Below are positions 32,110 through 39,531 of a DNA stretch of 64,000 nt, one piece after another. The notes under the pieces were generated by a model that worked only from the letters and a program-made list of their open reading frames with translations, searched no databases and had not been told where the DNA came from. The translations under genes were made by a program, and so were the position numbers. Positions within the stretch are counted from its first letter, which is position 1, and every line of letters starts with the position of its first letter. The DNA comes from Sedimentisphaerales bacterium. Its GTDB lineage: Bacteria; Planctomycetota; Phycisphaerae; Sedimentisphaerales; SM23-30. The stretch is taken from the NCBI GenBank assembly GCA_963666285.1, contig OY762711.1; one strand, given 5' to 3'.

Positions 32110-32159
32110 AGGTATTTGGTGTTGGGTACTGGTAAATGTATCATCTAGCGGCGAGCTAA
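32110..32159. repeat. 50-bp direct repeat, copy B
   Basis: aggtatttggtgttgggtactggtaaatgtatcatctagcggcgagctaa. Confidence 0.95.
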
Positions 32160-32243
32160 TTTAATCGCATGCGGCGAATGTGCCGAGCTGGTGCTCGACG
32201 CCGGCAGGATTAAGGAATCGGCTTCGCCAAGGCTGGTTTGATT

Positions 32244-32267
32244 CACAGGCAAGGATGCCTGTGCTAC
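32244..32267 (-). repeat. GTAG-type REP-like palindrome
   Basis: Minus strand reads GTAG-CACAGGCA-TCCT-TGCCTGTG: a GTAG tetranucleotide followed by a perfect 8-bp hairpin. Confidence 0.7.
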
Positions 32268-32372
32268 TATATCCTTAACGATGTTGGGTTGGTTGGAAAT
32301 TGAAATATTGTTGTCCAAAGAACCCGGAATAGAATTAACTACGCCGGGGTTGAAATATCTTGTTATATTAGA

Positions 32373-35300
32373 TTACTGAACTATTTTGTATTGATTATTG
32401 CTGTTGAGCCAGTTCGATATCATGGTATTCAGGTCAACAATATCGACAATACCATCAGCTGGGGCTGAAATATCCGCTGAAAGTCCTTCTGAAGATTGAA
32501 GCCACTGGGCTGCGAGTGAGTTAAAATCAAGCAGATTAACCTCACCTTCGCCGGTAATGTCACCAACAGCATGGGTTGCGATAGCGGCTGCGGTCATCTG
32601 CATTGCCGGCTGCTGCTGAACTGTATCGTAGTAGGCAATGTCCCAGATGAATTGACCATCATCAAGAGCAGTTGACATATCCAGCTGGATGGTAAAGGTA
32701 TCTGATGTTATCAAAGACTGGCCCGCTGATATTGACGGTACATTTATGCTCCTGTCGCCAATAACGGCAATCTCATCCGAGTTGTCTATAAGTGACAGCA
32801 GGACATTAGAAAGGTCAGTTGTGCTGTTGTTTTTGATCTCAACAGCAACCTCATATTCTACTATTGATTCATCAATTACAGTTTCGCTGACGATCTGGTA
32901 TCCGAGGAACTCTATTACGCTGCTTCTGGCTGCTTCTGGGGTATTACCGTAGGCTCCAAGATTTATTCTGCCGCCGTTTGGCATAGGTTCATTGCTATAG
33001 TCGCTGGATGTGCTACCAGTATCAATGCAAAACGATTCAGATAATAGGTGGTAATCGCCAGTAATATAAACATCATCAAGCCATATTCCATTACTTACAA
33101 AACTAACTTTATTATACTCTATTTTTGCATATTCGCATATTGACAAATCCTTAATATTCAATTCTACCGTATTTTCACCAGATGAGTCTAGGTATGCCTC
33201 AATGTAAAATACAGAAGAATTAATTTCATCAAAAGAAATAGACATTTTGTGCCAGTTGTCATCTCGAATAAGGTCAGCCTCTACCATTTGTAAAGAACCA
33301 TTCTCGTGAGTAAATACTTTTAAAGCCAATGGGTAATTGTAAGAAAATTCAGGGGAACAAGAAGCCTTATAATCTAGGTTTAATTCAACTTTACCATTGA
33401 GCTCTATATTTGTGTTTAATGAGTTGGTTGCTTTTACTATTCCATAGTCGAAAAAGAATTCATCTCTAATCCACCCTGCATCAATAGATATGACGTTATT
33501 ATTGCTACCGATTTCATAATCATAAAATCCACCTTCAGTATAATCAATTGACCAACCTAAAAAGTCTATTTCCTTAACTTGAAACCAGTTACTATGATAA
33601 TCCTGTGAATCAAGCTCATGTATTGTTTTGGGTTTAATCTTAATGTCATTTAATGATATATTTGCCTGCCCAACTTCATCTAATAAAAAAGAAAAACTAA
33701 TTTTATCCTCAACGATTTCTGTTGTAAAGCTATAATATCCAGAAGAAATGTTTAAGAAATGTAAACCACTGCTATACATAGTCATCGTATTTGTTCCATC
33801 CCCATAACCAGACCATTCAAGAGTAACATCATAGAAACCATCTGGGCATTCAATTTCAAATGTTTTTTCAGCTGAATGATTTACAATAGTACATTCTACC
33901 ATTGACATTTCATCAAAAAAAGGTACAGTCTCAAGATAAAAACTATAAGATTCAAATGGTACATTTGATTCATATATATTGCCAATACAATTAGTAACAA
34001 ACGATGGTGTAATATTGTAATCAATATTGTCCCCGTAGAACCAAAGAGCATTGCAGATGTTATTATAGAAATCTCTGATACCAGAAATGCCAATGCTTAT
34101 AGGGTAATTATCTATTACTGAACAATTAATAATATCAACCTCATGGATTGAGTAAATGCCACCAATTGCATTTGCTTTATTACCAACTATTAAATCATTA
34201 TGTAACAAACCAGAAATGCTATATATCCCTCCGCCATTTTCATTAGCAGTGTTAGTATGTATGTAACAGTAGGCAATAGTAGCTTCTGTCCCATTTCCAT
34301 TGACACCTCCACCATTCTCTGCAAGCCCATTAGTTATAGTAAAACCAGAAAGCTCACAATCTTCAGTTTCTTCACCACCAAAAGTAACAACAGAACCATT
34401 CTGACCACCATCAATAACAGTTTGCTCTCTTATGGTAGAATTATCCGGATCAGTAGCAGTAAGAACAATATCTTTATTATCAAAACTTATATTTTCTACA
34501 TAATGTCCCGGACTAACAATTACAGTATCTCCGCTGAAAGCTGCATCTATAGCTGTCTGGATAGAATCAAACGGGTGGTCGGCAGAGCCGCCCTGAGCGG
34601 TATCATCGGCATTATCGATATCTACATAATAAGTCTGTGGCCCCAGAAGGCAGACAGTGCATGTAGCATTATTATTTCCAGAGTTTGCTTCGCCGGTAAT
34701 AGTACCATCCAGACAGATAGTGTAGTCATCAGATGGCAATAGAGAAGTATCCCAGCTGTATGTCAGGCTGGTCTGGCCGGTTATAGTTTCAACCGAGGTT
34801 GAGATAAGGCGGTTTATGCCTGAACTGTCTTCTGCGGTAAGGGTAAGTGTTGCCAGCTCAGTATGGTCTTCTGTGCGGTTAACAACCGCAGCAAACTGAA
34901 CGGTTTCACCTACCCTGTAAATACGATCTTCCTGCGGGGTAATGCTTTCGATGATAAGGTCATGGACGGGCTGCGGAAGAACTGTAAGGGTAAGTTTCTG
35001 AAAGAAAGTAAAGTCATTTATTCCTGTCACTCGGATAAACCATTGGTAATCACCGGGCGAAAGATTGTCTGTATCGACATAATATGATAAAATATTACCA
35101 TTAGATGTGTAGCTGTCTTTTCCATTAATACTATCACCATTGAACCAGCCGGTTAAAACATTTGCATTATAGATGTTTACATTGGCGTTAAGCTGAAATT
35201 CTGCGATTTCACCATGGATCACAGTTTGTTCAGCAGGCTGAGCTATAAGATTTTGTGTTGCAGAGCCAAGATTTAATACTGCTACATTTCCTACATTCAT

Positions 35301-37526
35301 CCAGCTATCATAATGCACTACACAGTTTGCATTTCCAAAAGCTTTTGTTTCACCTTCACTAATAGTGAAATTATCCATAATCTCAGGTTCGATTCTTTCG
35401 ACATTAACCAGTCCAGTACTTGTATTCAAACCGGTAAAATAAATAGTATATGGACCAAATGATACAGGCTGGTTAACATTGTCAAGACTGTAAATGTGTT
35501 CCAGTACCTCATGGCCTTGAGCGGCAGGTCTGTCGCCGACAAGGATATGATGCGTTCTGGTATTATTAGACCAGTCTTCATCCCCAACGTTACATGCAGC
35601 TGTACATTTAACTATATAATAACCATCATCGGAACCTGTTTGAATAGAAGCTTCGATGAAGGTCTGGTTACCGGCTGGTAATTGGCTAATGCTAAACTGC
35701 TGTTCTGTTCCAGTTGGGTTGTTGTCAGGGTCATAAAGCTGGATACTCAGGCTGCCAGACGCTATATAATCACCCAGATTAGCAACATAAATCTTTAATG
35801 TTACATCACTATCATTGTCAGCACTTGAAGAGCCTTCAATATCAGAAACAGCAAAATCATACCCTTCGATAGGATCAACAATGGTTAATGTACTCTCTAC
35901 GGCATCATCTAATGAATATGCCCCATGATCGGCATTGATCGAAACAGTATAACTGCCCGCTGTGCCTGGTGCTGTAAGATCAATTGAAAAGTTACCACTG
36001 GTATTAGTTTTAGCAGTCGCCACCTTTGAACCATTCAAATTAACAATAATATCAGCATTAGAAACATAACTCCCATCCTGCGTAACATTGCCGCTGATCG
36101 TATATGATTGACTAATATTAGTTGTCCAGGGGCCGTCAGCAGTTAATTCTAGCGGTGTATTAAAGAGAGGGTTGTTCTGATAAAATGAAACCAAGTCCGA
36201 AGGATAATCCCATCTGCAATCGCGTGTCTCAGAAAAAACGCTATCAAGCTCATCTGTTTCATAATAACACTCAGTATATATTCTTTGTTGTTCTGGTAAG
36301 TTTTTAAGGTCAATCATAATCGCATGTGAAACAAGAAGGGCTCCACCAGAAGGGTCAGCTCCTTTTGCAGCTTCTATCAATATTTCCGTAAGTTGGCTCA
36401 TCAGGTCTGTTTCAGGTAACGCCTGGACAATGGCATTACATAAAGGCAATCCATTCACAAGCCCATCTCTGCAATTCTGCCAGAAATACTTTGCCTCATG
36501 AGGTTCCCAGTCAGTACCTCTGTTTCTTATTTGTAATGCCGCAACACGCAGCTCTTGAGCATGTGTTGAGAATTGATTTTTGATTGAGTTTCTATACCAT
36601 TCCATTGGGTCTGAAATAGCTGAAATTCGGTTTTCAATAAAGTTTTCAGCCAGCATATCTGCACTTTCTTCAAGAAGTACACTTGCTTGTGTCCCTAAAG
36701 TTACTCCACCCGTATAATATGAAGACAGAACAGCTCCCAGGCAGCCTGCTGCAGTATCGCGGATAGTCTGACCAAAAGCTACAACATCAGTGCCAAAAAT
36801 GATATCTTCATAATCGTCAGCAATACTATCAAGTGCATCGGCCAATGAATCTACATCCCACTCTTGAATTTCCGCTACAACTGCTATTGTTGAATATAAA
36901 TTCTCATCTGAAACTACACCATTAGGACCAACAACAAGCCATTTTGATTGTTGAGTGTAGTATTCTGCATCTGCATCATAATGCCACATTTTATAGCAAG
37001 TATATGAAATACCATTATACGAAATCTCTTTCTGCAATTCTGGAACAACAGACGGAGATATTATCCAGTAATTATCTGGCACAGAGACGATATGATCTAA
37101 GCAATCTACAATAGTTGCAGTACTTGAAGTAGCTAATGTGTCATATCCGGAACATTCTAGTTCGAAGTTAAAAGATGATTTTCCAATGATAGTAAATACC
37201 GGGCCAAAATCTATCCATATATTATTGTTATCGACATTTAGTTCATATATACCTGTAGATGTTTCAGTGAAGCTGCTGATTAATTCTTGAGTATCGTCAT
37301 CGGAATATCCAGGCAGTTTTGCAGAACAGTTTATATTTACGCCCGAAATGAGATTATTTGTGCTATTGTCACGCACAATTAGCTTAATAGTAGAATTATT
37401 GCCAGATTGAGACAAGTTTGTTGATGATATGTCAGAAAAGAATTGTATGTCAACATTCATCTCATTTGCCGATAAGCAAGAAACAAACAACAGTAAAAAC
37501 AGTGATATATTAAAGAAACATCTCAT
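32373..37526 (-). CDS. Large secreted mosaic protein (helical region, Ig/CARDB-like domains, parallel beta-helix, C-terminal dockerin-like repeats)
   Basis: Signal peptide; GDEDWSNN and EANSGNN CARDB-like ends; GSADHPFDSIQTAID/GDTVIVSPGHYVENI beta-helix start; DYHLLSESFCIDTG, RINLGAYGNT; GDITGEGEVNLLDFNSLAAQWL. Confidence 0.75.
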   Translation of the reverse strand: MRCFFNISLFLLLFVSCLSANEMNVDIQFFSDISSTNLSQSGNNSTIKLIVRDNSTNNLISGVNINCSAKLPGYSDDDTQELISSFTETSTGIYELNVDNNNIWIDFGPVFTIIGKSSFNFELECSGYDTLATSSTATIVDCLDHIVSVPDNYWIISPSVVPELQKEISYNGISYTCYKMWHYDADAEYYTQQSKWLVVGPNGVVSDENLYSTIAVVAEIQEWDVDSLADALDSIADDYEDIIFGTDVVAFGQTIRDTAAGCLGAVLSSYYTGGVTLGTQASVLLEESADMLAENFIENRISAISDPMEWYRNSIKNQFSTHAQELRVAALQIRNRGTDWEPHEAKYFWQNCRDGLVNGLPLCNAIVQALPETDLMSQLTEILIEAAKGADPSGGALLVSHAIMIDLKNLPEQQRIYTECYYETDELDSVFSETRDCRWDYPSDLVSFYQNNPLFNTPLELTADGPWTTNISQSYTISGNVTQDGSYVSNADIIVNLNGSKVATAKTNTSGNFSIDLTAPGTAGSYTVSINADHGAYSLDDAVESTLTIVDPIEGYDFAVSDIEGSSSADNDSDVTLKIYVANLGDYIASGSLSIQLYDPDNNPTGTEQQFSISQLPAGNQTFIEASIQTGSDDGYYIVKCTAACNVGDEDWSNNTRTHHILVGDRPAAQGHEVLEHIYSLDNVNQPVSFGPYTIYFTGLNTSTGLVNVERIEPEIMDNFTISEGETKAFGNANCVVHYDSWMNVGNVAVLNLGSATQNLIAQPAEQTVIHGEIAEFQLNANVNIYNANVLTGWFNGDSINGKDSYTSNGNILSYYVDTDNLSPGDYQWFIRVTGINDFTFFQKLTLTVLPQPVHDLIIESITPQEDRIYRVGETVQFAAVVNRTEDHTELATLTLTAEDSSGINRLISTSVETITGQTSLTYSWDTSLLPSDDYTICLDGTITGEANSGNNNATCTVCLLGPQTYYVDIDNADDTAQGGSADHPFDSIQTAIDAAFSGDTVIVSPGHYVENISFDNKDIVLTATDPDNSTIREQTVIDGGQNGSVVTFGGEETEDCELSGFTITNGLAENGGGVNGNGTEATIAYCYIHTNTANENGGGIYSISGLLHNDLIVGNKANAIGGIYSIHEVDIINCSVIDNYPISIGISGIRDFYNNICNALWFYGDNIDYNITPSFVTNCIGNIYESNVPFESYSFYLETVPFFDEMSMVECTIVNHSAEKTFEIECPDGFYDVTLEWSGYGDGTNTMTMYSSGLHFLNISSGYYSFTTEIVEDKISFSFLLDEVGQANISLNDIKIKPKTIHELDSQDYHSNWFQVKEIDFLGWSIDYTEGGFYDYEIGSNNNVISIDAGWIRDEFFFDYGIVKATNSLNTNIELNGKVELNLDYKASCSPEFSYNYPLALKVFTHENGSLQMVEADLIRDDNWHKMSISFDEINSSVFYIEAYLDSSGENTVELNIKDLSICEYAKIEYNKVSFVSNGIWLDDVYITGDYHLLSESFCIDTGSTSSDYSNEPMPNGGRINLGAYGNTPEAARSSVIEFLGYQIVSETVIDESIVEYEVAVEIKNNSTTDLSNVLLSLIDNSDEIAVIGDRSINVPSISAGQSLITSDTFTIQLDMSTALDDGQFIWDIAYYDTVQQQPAMQMTAAAIATHAVGDITGEGEVNLLDFNSLAAQWLQSSEGLSADISAPADGIVDIVDLNTMISNWLNSNNQYKIVQ

Positions 37527-37834
37527 TTTGAAACATCACCTTTCAATTGGTTCGATAAATAATTATGCTAAAATCCACTTCCGACAGGCTGGTGAAATTA
37601 TCTCCTTTTGCACCCAAACCTCCCAGATTTAATGTAGTCATTTTATCAAAATCAACTTTCATAACAAAATGAAAAAGATATACAAATTTCGTCATATTGA
37701 CACATACCAAATGCCTAAATACTGTAAATATCCTATATGTCGATATTTACCGTTATCCACTGAGAGAGAAAAACCGCATTTTTTATGCTTAGCCCCTTCG
37801 ATTAGCTCAGGATTTTCAATGAGGGACGGCAAAG

Positions 37835-38476
37835 CTACCTGCGTTGTTTTCGTTTGCTTGTTCGGACACGATACAATCGTTCAGTGAAACCGCCTTCGGA
37901 TTCGAAGGATTCTGCCTGGACAGAAATCTGACGAGAGAGTAAGTAACTTGCCAGATTGATAGAGGCAAGCATACCATTTGCCACTAAAGCTGAAGAAGAC
38001 AAGGACTGACATGGACTATCAAAGACTTTCACCTCAGAAGTGTCGGTCAGTGTTTGCCTGTGAGAGTCTTTTGCTATTTGCATCTCCTGATTTACCCACT
38101 CCCGTACATCGTCAACCGTTTTGCATTTCTTTGTTTTGAAGCGTTTCATAATCGGATCATCAAATGATAATACAACCATATTCCCCTGCCTGAGGTAATC
38201 TTCATAATCGAGGCGGAGCTCCTCAAGGCTGGCCCTGGCAACATTAGTCAGTTTCAGTTCGGTCTTTTTGGATGTTCCTGATGCCATTGAACCTTCAGCG
38301 ATGTTCTGCACACCACTACGCGCGGCCTGGATCATCTGGTCGCGGGTACGGCTGAACTTATCGATATAAAGATCACAAAACCTGACTGTTACATCATAAA
38401 CCAGCCTGGCAACCTGAAAACTCAACATTTTGCGATATCCACCGTGCTGAGTAATTAGTTTTTTCAGATCAGACAT
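37835..38476 (-). CDS. Four-helix-bundle protein (23S rRNA IVS/Avd-like family) with four-helix-bundle suffix domain
   Basis: HGGYRKM, RTRDQMIQAARSGVQNIAEGS, ELKLTNVARASLEELRLDYED, FESEGGFTERLY. Confidence 0.9.
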   Translation of the reverse strand: MSDLKKLITQHGGYRKMLSFQVARLVYDVTVRFCDLYIDKFSRTRDQMIQAARSGVQNIAEGSMASGTSKKTELKLTNVARASLEELRLDYEDYLRQGNMVVLSFDDPIMKRFKTKKCKTVDDVREWVNQEMQIAKDSHRQTLTDTSEVKVFDSPCQSLSSSALVANGMLASINLASYLLSRQISVQAESFESEGGFTERLYRVRTSKRKQRR

Positions 38477-38544
38477 ACTTTATATTTATACATATAATCC
38501 ACATCATATAAAACAAAAATATAACATATACTGTCCAGACTACC

Positions 38545-39501
38545 TTACCTGATGTCGCTGGTGAGGTATTGGGCGGCGAAAGTGGCGAAATCGAACATAT
38601 TTATTATGCCGTCGGCGGGTTCGTTGATATCGTAGAGGCTGTCCCAGGCGGGCGAAGTATAGTCCAGCAGCCAATGCTGAGCCAGTAGTGCGAAATCCTC
38701 AAGTTCGACGCGGCAGTCGCCGGTAAAGTCGGCGGTTAGAGTGCAGGTATAGATAGTAAACTCACTGTCGCTGATATCGAAGACAGTGCTGTCGGACCCC
38801 TTCGATACCTTCACCAGGCAATGGCTGCTGTTATCATACGGCACCGTCCAGTTATACGTGCCGGTATCAGGAGAAACAGCAATATCGATCCAGCGGACGC
38901 CGGAGTTTGCCGAATACTGCAGCAGGACAGAATCGACAGCACCGAGGCTGGTCCAGGTAATCTCGTATTGGCTGCCGGAGAGCAGATATATCGGTGTATT
39001 TGGTGCTGTAACGGTAATAGAAGGCGGATAATCGACGGAAATAGTACCGGTCGTATAGAGCTGTGAGGTGTTCCACAGCAGCCCCGGTGAAAGACCGGGC
39101 AAAGAGACAGCGTAAAATGAACCGGTAAGGTTTGCGGGAAGAAAATCGAAGATATCGAAACTATCACCGATGCCGGGCACGAACCCGTCATATAAAACCA
39201 CTTCCAGCTGACCGCCGAAAGTAACATCGCTTTCGAAAATAATTTTGTCGTGTTCTGTGCCGGGTATTGTGCCGCCCAGCTCGATAAGTATATTCGATTG
39301 AGAGCCAAAAGAAACGTTGCCCTGGAAAGTTACGAGTCCGGGGCTGTTGCCGGGCGAAACACCGGCGGTAACCGTCAGGTCAGAGGCTAAAGTGGTATTG
39401 CCGGTAATGATATGGTCTATTACCTGCCCTGCCCTGAGAGGTAAAGTGCATGCCGTCAGCAGCAAAATGAATATATAGTATTTCTCGAATAATCTAAACA
39501 T
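38545..39501 (-). CDS. Secreted protein: autotransporter-passenger-like domain, Ig-like domain and dockerin-like repeats
   Basis: Signal peptide; SPGNSPG...IELGGTIPGTEHD; ITVTAPN...YEITW; ADFTGDCRVELEDFALLAQHWL. Confidence 0.75.
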   Translation of the reverse strand: MFRLFEKYYIFILLLTACTLPLRAGQVIDHIITGNTTLASDLTVTAGVSPGNSPGLVTFQGNVSFGSQSNILIELGGTIPGTEHDKIIFESDVTFGGQLEVVLYDGFVPGIGDSFDIFDFLPANLTGSFYAVSLPGLSPGLLWNTSQLYTTGTISVDYPPSITVTAPNTPIYLLSGSQYEITWTSLGAVDSVLLQYSANSGVRWIDIAVSPDTGTYNWTVPYDNSSHCLVKVSKGSDSTVFDISDSEFTIYTCTLTADFTGDCRVELEDFALLAQHWLLDYTSPAWDSLYDINEPADGIINMFDFATFAAQYLTSDIR

Positions 39502-39531
39502 TGTATTCTCATGAATTCAGCATGGCACTGA

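Noticed and set aside
26782..32159. CRISPR array or IS ends
   Set aside because: Only two full copies 5.3 kb apart, direct rather than inverted, with no cas or transposase genes
37835..38476. Diversity-generating retroelement (Avd-like four-helix bundle near surface genes)
   Set aside because: No reverse transcriptase and no TR/VR pair with adenine-specific mismatches is visible in the window
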